The notes under the pieces: model-generated
Told to the model about the DNA's origin: nothing
The model's input: the letters and a program-made list of their open reading frames with translations, nothing else
Database searches by the model: none
Translations under genes and position numbers: made by a program
Shown: positions 23,696 through 31,397 of the stretch, in pieces
Numbering within the stretch: position 1 is the stretch's first letter
How the letters are laid out: every line of letters begins with the position of its first letter
DNA from: an uncultured Planctomycetaceae bacterium
GTDB taxonomy: Bacteria > Planctomycetota > Phycisphaerae > Phycisphaerales > Zrk34
DNA length: 32,000 nucleotides
Direction: 5' to 3'
Assembly: GCA_964395825.1 (NCBI GenBank)
Contig: CAYNCM010000007.1
Coordinates: 10,514 to 42,513 of the forward strand

Positions 23696-24367
23696 GTGTC
23701 ACGTCACCTTTACATTCAGATCGATCGGCTGAAAAAGCAGATCCTCAAACTCGGCACGATGGTCGAGGAATCGGTTCAGGCGGCGATCGACGCGGTGCGC
23801 CGGCTCGACAAAAAGCTCGCCCAGCAGGTCGTCGACCGCGACGGCCGAATCGACGACATGGAGATCGAAGTGGAGGAAGAATGCCTGCACACGCTGGCGC
23901 TGCACCAGCCGGTGGCGCAGGATCTGCGATACGTGGTGGCGGTGTTGAAGATGAACAACGACCTGGAGCGGATCGGCGATCTGGCGGTCAGCCTGGCCGA
24001 GCGCGTGCCCCAACTGGCCGCATTGAGCGCTGGTGATCTGCCGTTCGACCTGGACACCATGGCCGACCGCGTGCAGGTGATGCTCAAGCACAGCCTCGAT
24101 GCGCTGGTCAACGTCGATGCGGAACTGGCCGAGTCGGTCATGGAAACCGATGACGTGGTCGACGATCTGCATCGCCAGATGTACCAGGAGGTCGAGCGCC
24201 GGGTGCGCGATGGGATCGACGATGTCGAGCCGCTGCTGCAGGCGATGGCGGTGTCGCGGGGCCTGGAGCGCATCGCCGACCACGCCACGAACATCGCCGA
24301 GGACGTGCTGTACATGGCCAAGGGCGACATTGTCCGCCACACCCGCGGCATCCGAAGCCAGGCGTGA
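23696..24367 (+). CDS. phoU: Phosphate signalling complex protein PhoU
   Basis: GTG start. Two PhoU repeats, each with a DxxxD/E-type motif: VVDRDGRIDDMEIEVEEECL...NNDLERIGDLA and VMETDDVVDDLHRQMYQE...SRGLERIADHATNIAE. Confidence 0.9.
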   Translation: MSRHLYIQIDRLKKQILKLGTMVEESVQAAIDAVRRLDKKLAQQVVDRDGRIDDMEIEVEEECLHTLALHQPVAQDLRYVVAVLKMNNDLERIGDLAVSLAERVPQLAALSAGDLPFDLDTMADRVQVMLKHSLDALVNVDAELAESVMETDDVVDDLHRQMYQEVERRVRDGIDDVEPLLQAMAVSRGLERIADHATNIAEDVLYMAKGDIVRHTRGIRSQA

Positions 24368-24461
24368 GATTCACGGAAAGGCCCGTCATGGTGGGGGTTG
24401 CGTTCGTGGTTAATTGGCGCGCCCGGGGACGCTGTTTTTGGATGATTTTATCTGAATTCAC

Positions 24462-24490
24462 TTGACCGGCCCGCAAGGGCGGTTCATATT
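24462..24490 (+). promoter_or_regulatory. Candidate sigma-70-type promoter for the PEP-CTERM lectin operon
   Basis: TTGACC (24462-24467), 17 nt spacer, CATATT (24485-24490). It lies in the only AT-richer patch between phoU and the lectin gene. It would give a ~210-nt GC-rich leader. Confidence 0.35.
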
Positions 24491-24708
24491 TGAACGTGAA
24501 CAGGCGCGGGCGTGCGTGGTTCCGCGCTGTCCGCCAGCGGTGGGACAAACGGCGGCGATCGGTCATTGAGAGCCGGGCGCTGCGCGAGCGGAGTGAGTTC
24601 AATGAGCCAGTCAACCGCCTGCGGGGCTTCGCCGGGTTGTGCCTGTGCGCTGGCGCCACGCCGGCAGGCGGCTGGCGCTGCCCGACCCCAGCGAGAAAGA
24701 GGGACCCG

Positions 24709-25254
24709 ATGATCCGTCCATGGATCTGCGTGACGTTGGTGGGGGTGGTCGTGTTGGTGGCGGGCGGTACGGCGCGGGCCGCGTACACCTGGCACAGTTA
24801 CAACGGTCACGCGTACACGCTGACCGAAAACTGGCTGTGGTGGGATGACGCCCAGACCGAAGCCGTCGCCGCCGGCGGGCACCTGGTCACCATTAACGAT
24901 GCGGCGGAGAACAACTGGCTCAGCCAGACGTTCAACAACGCCTATACCCGCGATCACGCCGGAGACGGCTATCACAACATTGCCTGGATCGGCTACCACC
25001 ACGACGGCGGTTCGTGGCGGTGGGTATCCGGCGAGCCGGTCACGTTCACCAGTTACTATTCCCTGTGGCCCGAAGGCGGCGAACACGCCTACATCCACTG
25101 CGACAACCATCCTTCGCCCGCCACCTGGAACGCCCACGACTTCCACGAAAGCCCGGGCGCCTATCCGCAGGGTATCATTGAAGTCATCCCCGAACCGGCG
25201 ACGGCGGCGATGCTGGCGATCGGTGGACTGATGGTCGGGCAAAGGAGACACTGA
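24709..25254 (+). CDS. Secreted C-type lectin-like domain protein with PEP-CTERM anchor
   Basis: ATG 24709 is preceded by GAGAAAGAGGGA. Signal peptide: MIRPWICVTLVGVVVLVAGGTARA. CTLD signature spacing: WDDAQTEAVAAGGHLVTINDAAENNWL...IAWIGYHHDGGSWRWVSGEPVTFTSY...WNAHDF. C-terminal PEP-CTERM: IPEPATAAMLAIGGLMVGQRRH. Confidence 0.75.
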   Translation: MIRPWICVTLVGVVVLVAGGTARAAYTWHSYNGHAYTLTENWLWWDDAQTEAVAAGGHLVTINDAAENNWLSQTFNNAYTRDHAGDGYHNIAWIGYHHDGGSWRWVSGEPVTFTSYYSLWPEGGEHAYIHCDNHPSPATWNAHDFHESPGAYPQGIIEVIPEPATAAMLAIGGLMVGQRRH

Positions 25255-25256
25255 CA

Positions 25257-26252
25257 ATGACCACTGGTTCAGCCTGGCGGTTCATCGTGGTCCTGGTGGC
25301 CGCGGTGGAATGCGTCGCAGCAGCGGCGGCGCGGGCCGATGAATTCGGCAGCGGCGCCAACGCCTTCACCCTGGACTTCGTCACCATCAGCGGCGATGCG
25401 TCGAGCGCCAACGGAACCAACATCAGCCAGTACGCCCCGGGCGAGGTCGGCCATCGCACGTTCGCAGACCCGGGCTACGACTATCGTATCGGCGTGTACG
25501 AAGTGACCAATGGACAGTGGGACGGATTTGCCAACAGCCTGGGCGTGCCCGTGACCGGAACGCCGGCCAGCGCCTACGAGGAAACCGACGACACCGCGTT
25601 CCTGCCGCTGGACCCGATGGACGAGGTGAGCTGGTACGAGGCGGCGCAGTTCGTCAACTGGCTGAACACCAGCACGGGCCATCGCGCGGCGTACAAGTTC
25701 ACCGGCACGCAGGGCCAGAGCGACTACGCCTTTGGCATCTGGTCGGAGGCTGAGGCCGCCGGCGGAACCAACCGCTACCGCCACAAGGATGCGTTCTACT
25801 TCCTGCCCACCGAAGACGAATGGGTCAAGGCGGCCTACTGGAACGGCACGACGCTTCAGGATTACGCGACAAGTTACGACGGCCTGCCCTTCGAGGCCGA
25901 CTCCGAAGCCAAGGCGCCGGGCTGGAATTTCCTGGTCACCTATAGATCGGTGGACTGGCAGATCGGCAACGGTAGCGAGGAACTCAACGGCACGCACGAC
26001 ATGATGGGCAATCTGAGCGAGGTGATGGAAAGCCCCCACCGCGGCACGACCTCGGACACCTACGCCTGGCGGGCCCTGCGCGGCGGCGACTTCGCCAGTT
26101 CCGTCCAGACGCTCGGTCTGACCTGCCGCAACGACACCCAGGCCTATCGCGAAAGTGAATACGGCGGCTTCCGCGTGGCTTCCTACGTCCCCGAACCGGC
26201 AACGGCAGCGCTGCTGGCCCTGGGCGCGGTCGTTCTGGCGCGCCGCCGGTAG
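25257..26252 (+). CDS. FGE-sulfatase (SUMF1/EgtB/PvdO)-fold protein with PEP-CTERM anchor, catalytic Cys pair absent
   Basis: AAAGGAGA lies 8 nt before ATG 25257, and the gene starts 2 nt after the lectin stop. A signal peptide is present. FGE-fold motifs: YRIGVYEVTNGQW, EVSWYEAAQFVNWLN, LPTEDEWVKAAY, HDMMGNLSEVMES, ALRGGDF, GGFRVA. C-terminal PEP-CTERM: VPEPATAALLALGAVVLARRR. Confidence 0.75.
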   Translation: MTTGSAWRFIVVLVAAVECVAAAAARADEFGSGANAFTLDFVTISGDASSANGTNISQYAPGEVGHRTFADPGYDYRIGVYEVTNGQWDGFANSLGVPVTGTPASAYEETDDTAFLPLDPMDEVSWYEAAQFVNWLNTSTGHRAAYKFTGTQGQSDYAFGIWSEAEAAGGTNRYRHKDAFYFLPTEDEWVKAAYWNGTTLQDYATSYDGLPFEADSEAKAPGWNFLVTYRSVDWQIGNGSEELNGTHDMMGNLSEVMESPHRGTTSDTYAWRALRGGDFASSVQTLGLTCRNDTQAYRESEYGGFRVASYVPEPATAALLALGAVVLARRR

Positions 26253-26541
26253 GTCGGGCTGGTGCGAATGAAGCGGCTGGGGCGTTACTCAAAGCCGACA
26301 GCAAAGAATGGATCCCATTCACGCCCACGGCGGGCGGGGATGGTCGAGTCGTGTTTTCGGGTGGCCATGGCCTGGCTGATCCGATTGGGCCCACGCATCA
26401 TCCGCCGTGGCCAGCGAACCCACCTCGAACGCCGAAACCGCCGCACCCTCAGCCTCTTCCAACCGGGCTTGCGATGGGTTCAGGATCAACGCAAACCCTC
26501 ACGCGACCAGACCCCGTACAACCGGTTCTGCTGAGTGTTGC

Positions 26542-27993
26542 TCAACACGGGCCGAGCTTCTTGATTGCGGGGTCGCGGTTGAGGACGATCTGTTCGAACA
26601 GAACGTCGGTCAGTTCCCAGCGGCGATCGGCCCAGGACGGTTCGGCCCATCGATTGCGGAAGCAGTGCGGATCGTCGGTCAGATCGTAGAATTCGCCGCG
26701 CTCGCCGGGGCCGTGCCACACAAGTAACTCCCGATCGGTCCGCAGGCCGCGCATGAGCGTCTGGTGTTCGATCAGGATCGACTGCCGCAGTCCCGCTGCC
26801 GCATCGTCCAGATTCGGCGCCAGTGATCGGCCCTGCACCGATGACGGCACCGCCAGGCCCAGCATGTCCAGCACGGTCGGCGTCAGGTCGATACTCGAGC
26901 ACATTGCCTCGCGGGACTCGCCGCCGCAGCGCTCGCCCGGACGCGTCACGATCAGCGGCACGTTGGTCACGCAATCGAAGTTGGTGCCCTTGAACATCAG
27001 GTGATGGTCGCCGAGCATCTCGCCGTGATCGGCGGTAAAAAGGATGATCGTGCGATCGAATTCGCCCGTTCGCGCCAGCACTTCGACCAGTCGCCCGACC
27101 TGCTTGTCGATCAGGCTGACCATGCCGTAGTAGTAGGCGATCACGCGTTGCCAGTCGGCGTCGCTCAGGTCGCACATGCCGATCGCTTCGTGACTGCCTT
27201 CACACGCGAAATGCTTGTGGCCGTAAACCGATGGCCAGCGATCCACCTCGTTGGGATCGAACGCCGGCAAAGGCATATCGGCCGGGTCGTACATCGTGTC
27301 AAACGGCGCCGGCGGCGTGAACGGATGATGCGGGTCGACGAACGAGGCCCACACGAAGAACGGCCGATCACCGCAGCGCCGCTCGAGCATCTTGATCGCG
27401 CGGTCCGCAATCCACGTCGTCTGGTAGTGCTGATCGGGATAAGCCGACCGCACCGTGATGTGTTGGGGGTACGTGAAACTGTGTGGATCGGCCCACACAT
27501 CGTGGCCGTGTTCGCGCAGGTACCGCTCGTACGGACCGACGCGGTTGTCTTCGGTCAGGCAGACTTCCTCGAAGCCGTACCACGGCATCTGCGCCGGCGC
27601 GGGCTGCGGGTCAATCGCCATGTCGGGCGAGGGATCGATAAGCGCCCCGCCATCGACCGGCATACGCCATTGCGGGCCGAAGTGCATCTTGCCAGCCCCG
27701 CACGTTCGGTAGCCGGCGCGACGGAGCATCTCCATCAGCGTCAACTCACTGGGGCGGAGGACCATGCCGTTCTCGCGCAGGCCGTGTACCGACGGATAGC
27801 GTCCCGTGACGATGCTTCCGCGGTTGGGTGCACAAATCGGTGCGGCGGTGAAGGCGCGGTTGAACCGCACGCCCCGCGCCGCCAGGGCGTCGATGTGCGG
27901 CGTGTGGATGACCGGGTTGCCGTAACAGCCCAGCGCATCGAGGCGCAGTTGATCGCAGGTGATCAGCAGAATGTTTGGCCGGTCGTCGTTCAT
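26542..27993 (-). CDS. Sulfatase (formylglycine-dependent, CxPxR type), no signal peptide
   Basis: Start at ATG 27993 (MNDDRPNILLITCDQLRLDALGCYGN). The active-site motif is APICAPNRGSIVTGRYPSVHG (C-A-P-N-R). Also present: GAGKMH, PFFVWASFVDPHHPF, LFTADHGEMLGDH. The upstream 100 codons of the 583-aa ORF were rejected. Confidence 0.9.
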   Translation of the reverse strand: MNDDRPNILLITCDQLRLDALGCYGNPVIHTPHIDALAARGVRFNRAFTAAPICAPNRGSIVTGRYPSVHGLRENGMVLRPSELTLMEMLRRAGYRTCGAGKMHFGPQWRMPVDGGALIDPSPDMAIDPQPAPAQMPWYGFEEVCLTEDNRVGPYERYLREHGHDVWADPHSFTYPQHITVRSAYPDQHYQTTWIADRAIKMLERRCGDRPFFVWASFVDPHHPFTPPAPFDTMYDPADMPLPAFDPNEVDRWPSVYGHKHFACEGSHEAIGMCDLSDADWQRVIAYYYGMVSLIDKQVGRLVEVLARTGEFDRTIILFTADHGEMLGDHHLMFKGTNFDCVTNVPLIVTRPGERCGGESREAMCSSIDLTPTVLDMLGLAVPSSVQGRSLAPNLDDAAAGLRQSILIEHQTLMRGLRTDRELLVWHGPGERGEFYDLTDDPHCFRNRWAEPSWADRRWELTDVLFEQIVLNRDPAIKKLGPC

Positions 27994-28894
27994 GTCGCCT
28001 TCCCCGTGCTCCCGGCGTGCGCCTTGCCCGGCCAGTACGGTTCGGGCAGTTGCGCCGGCGCGTAGGGCCCCAGGTTCTTCAGCAGATCGGCCACGCCAGG
28101 GGGATGCTGAACCATCAACCCCGCATTGGGGTCGGTCGGCCGCTCGCGTTTGCCGAAGCGCCGCCAAGTCTGCCCGTCCAGCGCCTCGGTGTAGGCGCTT
28201 CAAACGGCGGGTGCGGGTTAACGAAGCTGGACCACAGAAAGAAGGGGCTGTTTCGGTCTCGGCGTTCCAGGAACGCGCGTGATCGGTCAGCAACCCAGGC
28301 CGTCTCGTGCAGGTGCGGCGGCATCTGCGACACCTGCCGAATCGTGTCTATCTCGCGCAGCGAACCGTGGGCATCGATGAACGTGGTGCAGGCGTAGGAG
28401 TGGCGAATCATCTCCTGCCAGCGAGGCCACTCGGTTCCGTCATGGCCCGGTGCGATCTTCAACTGATGCGGACCCATGATGCGGCGCGACGGCCAGTCGA
28501 CATTCGGCCAGGTTGGAATCTCCACATCGCGGTACATTTGGAGACATTCCGTCGGCGCCACGTGTGGCGCGTGCGGGCTCCAGAAGTCGTGCCCTATGAA
28601 GAAAGGTTGATCGGATTCACCGAACCGGTCCCTCAGGTCGAGGCTGCGCAGGTGATCGTGATACTCCCGGTAGCCGTAACCGCCGTTGACCTGGCCGGGG
28701 AAGTTCTGGCCGTCGAAGCCCACATCGCGCGGCAGGCAGGATGGCGCGGCCGCTTCGAACAGACGGGGCTGCGCGGTCGCCAGCCGATCAATGTGCGGCG
28801 TCCGGCAGAGCGCGGGGCCATAGCAGCCGACAGCGCTCAGCCGCTGTTGATCGTTGAAGATGAACAGGATGTTCGGCGTGCGGTCGTCGGTCAT
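27994..28894 (-). pseudogene. Decayed sulfatase paralogue(s): mosaic of two sulfatase fragments with a frameshift
   Basis: - Fragment 1 (from 28894) has a good N-terminus, MTDDRTPNILFIFNDQQRLSAVGCYGPALCRTPHIDRLA.
- Its active-site motif is CLPRD, with Asp where the Arg of CxPxR should be.
- It lacks ~115 aa, including the GKxH region.
- It then runs PFFIGHDFWSPHAPH...WQEMIRHSYACTTFID.
- Fragment 2 (~28350 downward) restarts at a sulfatase mid-region, HETAWVADRSRAFLERRDRNSPFFLWSSFVNPHPPF.
- Fragment 2 shifts frame near 28195. Confidence 0.55.
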
Positions 28895-28939
28895 GATGGT
28901 TCACGGTTGGTTGCGGCTTCGGAGTTGCTGCCGCGTGAG

Positions 28940-31351
28940 TCAGTTGTCCGCGCTCGGCTCGACGCGGACCACCGCTTCGACGATCACCGCCGCGGTGACC
29001 GGCAGTTCGTAGTCCAGTGTCACAATGGCCTGGCCGTCCTCGATACTCGCCGCCGGCTGGAGTTCGCGGATGCCCAATGCCGCATCGATGACGGAGACTT
29101 TCAGGCTGTCGATACGCGTTGGCGTTCGGCCGTCCGGTCCATGCACGATGAACTGCCGCAGCTTCGCACGAGCACCGGTGTACGAGGCGAAATACGCCGC
29201 GTAGCGCACGTGCTGGGCGTCTTCGTCGGCGCGCAACACGTAGGATTCCACGTCTGCGTTGCTGGTGACGGTGGTTTCGTCTTCCGCCTGGTGCAGGGGG
29301 TAGTCGCGCAGGAACGGGCCGATGATCTCCATCGCTTCGCGCCCCTTGCCGAATGAGCGCGGATGGCGCGGCCGCGTGTCGCCCCAGACGGTCAGGCGGG
29401 CGCTGTGCGGCTTCCACCGATCCAGGCGGCGCGACCAGAAGTCGAGGTACCGAAACGCCACCTGCGCCACGGCATACGCGCCCGCCCCGCGAGCGCCGAG
29501 TTCCTCGGTGATCCACAGCCCCTCCACCTTGCCCGTCGCCACCCACTGGTCATAGAGCGGCTGGAGAATCTCGCGCGACCCGTGCGCGTAGTGAATCGTG
29601 ATCACATCGATCAGTTCCCACGCCTTTCGGCCCTTGAGGGTAGGAGCGCGCTCGCCCCGCACCGTGGTGTTCAGCAGCACGTCGAGGAATTCACGATTAC
29701 GCTGCTGGCGAATGCCCGACACACTGCCGCAGACGATCGGAATTCGATCTGGATCGCCGTAGATATCTTTCGACGCCGCGCGAATCGCCTCCACCGCGGG
29801 CGCCAGGTAGTACTCCACGTAGTCGACGGCGTTCGCCGGGTCACCGTTCGGCAACAGTTTGCGGATCGATTCGTTCAGCGCTTCGGCCTGGTCGCTGTCT
29901 TTCATGTGGAAGCGGTTGTAGGCATTGACCTCGTTGCCGAGTTGCCAATAGACCGTGATCGGTTTGTCGGCGAACTCGCCGGTGTTGAAATGCCGCACGG
30001 TCTGGTAGAGCACATCCTTGAAATACAGGCCATGATTATCGTTGAACACCTTGAACTCGGGGCGGGTCGGTTTGACGTTGCCAAGGGCCAACTGGATCAC
30101 ATCCACGTTGGCCGCCATCGCCTGACGGATGTGGTCGGTGACGTCGGCGACCGGCTTGCTGACGGTTCTCGTTTCGTAGTCGTCGGGATTGTAGGTGGTT
30201 TCGGCGGCGTCCTCGATCACCTGTCCGGCGGCGGCCTTGCGCACGGTCGTGGTTTCGGTGCGGTCATGGCCGGTGAAGCTGTAGTAGCGATCCTCGCCGC
30301 TGAAGTGGCCCTTCGTGGGGGCGATGCCGGTATGGTCGATGTGGGTGTAATCCGGATGGTAGCCGACGGAGTAGTGATGCGGCCAGCCGCGCACCGTGCC
30401 CAGCCAGCTTTCGAGGTCGAGGCGGTAATGCGTGCCCATGGTCGAACGCCAACTGAACACGTCGCGGCGCGGGGGCAGGGCAGGTGTGGTTTCGGCAGCG
30501 GCAACCGGGGGGCTGGCGTCGGGCGTCATGGCGGCGCTTTCGTTTCGGACGATGACGTTGTAGTTGTGCATCACCTGTTCGTCGGTCAGGGCGAGCGCGG
30601 GGTAGTGGCGAAAGATGGCGATCCGGCCGGGGAACATGCCGCCCCCGCCGACCGCTTTGGCCGCGCCAGTCTGCCCGTTGCCGCCGCCGAGGCCCGCGCC
30701 GCCATCGGACACCCAGTAGGGCATGCCCTTGCCGTTGTGGTCTTCCTGGCGAACGAGCTTGCCGTTGACGTAGAACCGGATCTTGCGATCCGCGTGATCG
30801 ACCACCGCCGCGGCCTGATTGAAACGCTTCGTGCTGTCGGCTGGCAACGGACAACTGATCGTCACCGGATTCCGCCCGAACTTGCCGATCGCCGTCAGTG
30901 TCAGCTTCGGCTGGGTCTTGTCGCTCTGGAGAACGATGGCCAGCCCCTGCCCCGCCTCGCCGGTCTCGAACAGCGTGGCGTTGCCGTCTGGATTCAGATC
31001 CCCCAGGCGATCGGGCTTGAACCACAGTTCGAACGACGAGGTGAGGAACGCGGATTTGTCTTTTCCCTTGAGCCCGCCCATCGTCGCCTTGCCCGCTGAT
31101 CCGTCGAATACCCACGCGGTTCGGATGTCGGGCAGGGCGTTGTCGACCGGCTGTACAGTCGCGCCGTGCTCGATGGTCCACGCCGGTCCGCCCGCGTCTG
31201 TCGCCTGCCACTTCGCTGCGTTGTCGCCGGGCTTCGACGCATCCCACGACACAGCACCGGGCGTGATTTGCTGCGCCGGTGCGCTGACGGCGAACGCCAG
31301 CGCGGTCAAACCCATCCAGGGCGAGTACCAGGCAAAGCGGCGGGTTTGCAT
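28940..31351 (-). CDS. Secreted LamG/concanavalin-A-like lectin domain fused to a clan GH-A-like (TIM-barrel) glycosidase domain
   Basis: GAGGAG lies 7-8 nt before ATG 31351. Signal peptide: MQTRRFAWYSPWMGLTALAFAVSAPAQQ. LamG_3-type pattern: SSFELWFKP...ATLFETGE...FNQAAAVVDHADRKIRFYVNGKLV...PGRIAIFRHYPALALTDEQV. Catalytic-type motifs are WQLGNEVNAY (Glu codon 29930-29932) and, ~142 aa later, GLWITEELG (Glu codons 29501-29506). That spacing fits an acid/base and nucleophile pair. The GH family is not assignable by eye. Confidence 0.65.
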   Translation of the reverse strand: MQTRRFAWYSPWMGLTALAFAVSAPAQQITPGAVSWDASKPGDNAAKWQATDAGGPAWTIEHGATVQPVDNALPDIRTAWVFDGSAGKATMGGLKGKDKSAFLTSSFELWFKPDRLGDLNPDGNATLFETGEAGQGLAIVLQSDKTQPKLTLTAIGKFGRNPVTISCPLPADSTKRFNQAAAVVDHADRKIRFYVNGKLVRQEDHNGKGMPYWVSDGGAGLGGGNGQTGAAKAVGGGGMFPGRIAIFRHYPALALTDEQVMHNYNVIVRNESAAMTPDASPPVAAAETTPALPPRRDVFSWRSTMGTHYRLDLESWLGTVRGWPHHYSVGYHPDYTHIDHTGIAPTKGHFSGEDRYYSFTGHDRTETTTVRKAAAGQVIEDAAETTYNPDDYETRTVSKPVADVTDHIRQAMAANVDVIQLALGNVKPTRPEFKVFNDNHGLYFKDVLYQTVRHFNTGEFADKPITVYWQLGNEVNAYNRFHMKDSDQAEALNESIRKLLPNGDPANAVDYVEYYLAPAVEAIRAASKDIYGDPDRIPIVCGSVSGIRQQRNREFLDVLLNTTVRGERAPTLKGRKAWELIDVITIHYAHGSREILQPLYDQWVATGKVEGLWITEELGARGAGAYAVAQVAFRYLDFWSRRLDRWKPHSARLTVWGDTRPRHPRSFGKGREAMEIIGPFLRDYPLHQAEDETTVTSNADVESYVLRADEDAQHVRYAAYFASYTGARAKLRQFIVHGPDGRTPTRIDSLKVSVIDAALGIRELQPAASIEDGQAIVTLDYELPVTAAVIVEAVVRVEPSADN

Positions 31352-31397
31352 ACCCAGGCTCCTCGTCATGTGGCCGCGCGATCGGCGGCGGTCGGTG

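Noticed and set aside
24398-24440. Possible intrinsic terminator after phoU (GCGTTC...GGGACGC followed by TGTTTTTGG).
   Set aside because: The stem is only ~6 bp including a wobble pair, and the loop is ~21 nt. The T-run is suggestive but the structure is too weak to call as a feature.
24490-24708. N-terminal extension of the lectin ORF (TTG start, 73 extra residues rich in Arg).
   Set aside because: The internal ATG at 24709 has a strong purine-rich RBS and is followed at once by a canonical signal peptide. The extension is Arg/Gly/Ala-rich leader sequence and would bury the signal peptide.
25257-26252. Annotating the FGE-fold gene as the formylglycine-generating enzyme that matures the neighbouring sulfatases.
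   Set aside because: The catalytic Cys pair (C-x4-C after the RGGSF-type motif) is absent. The protein also carries a signal peptide plus a PEP-CTERM anchor, whereas the adjacent sulfatase is apparently cytoplasmic.
26253-26541. 90-aa ORF (26262-26534, +) in the convergent gap between the FGE-fold gene and the sulfatase.
   Set aside because: It is Arg-rich and has no RBS or family motif. I also found no convincing terminator hairpin here, so the gap is left unannotated.
27994-28293. 100-codon N-terminal extension of the intact sulfatase (the 583-aa ORF version).
   Set aside because: The conserved sulfatase N-terminus (PNILLITCDQLR) begins 6 residues after ATG 27993. The extension has no signal-peptide character and overlaps the decayed paralogue sequence in another frame.
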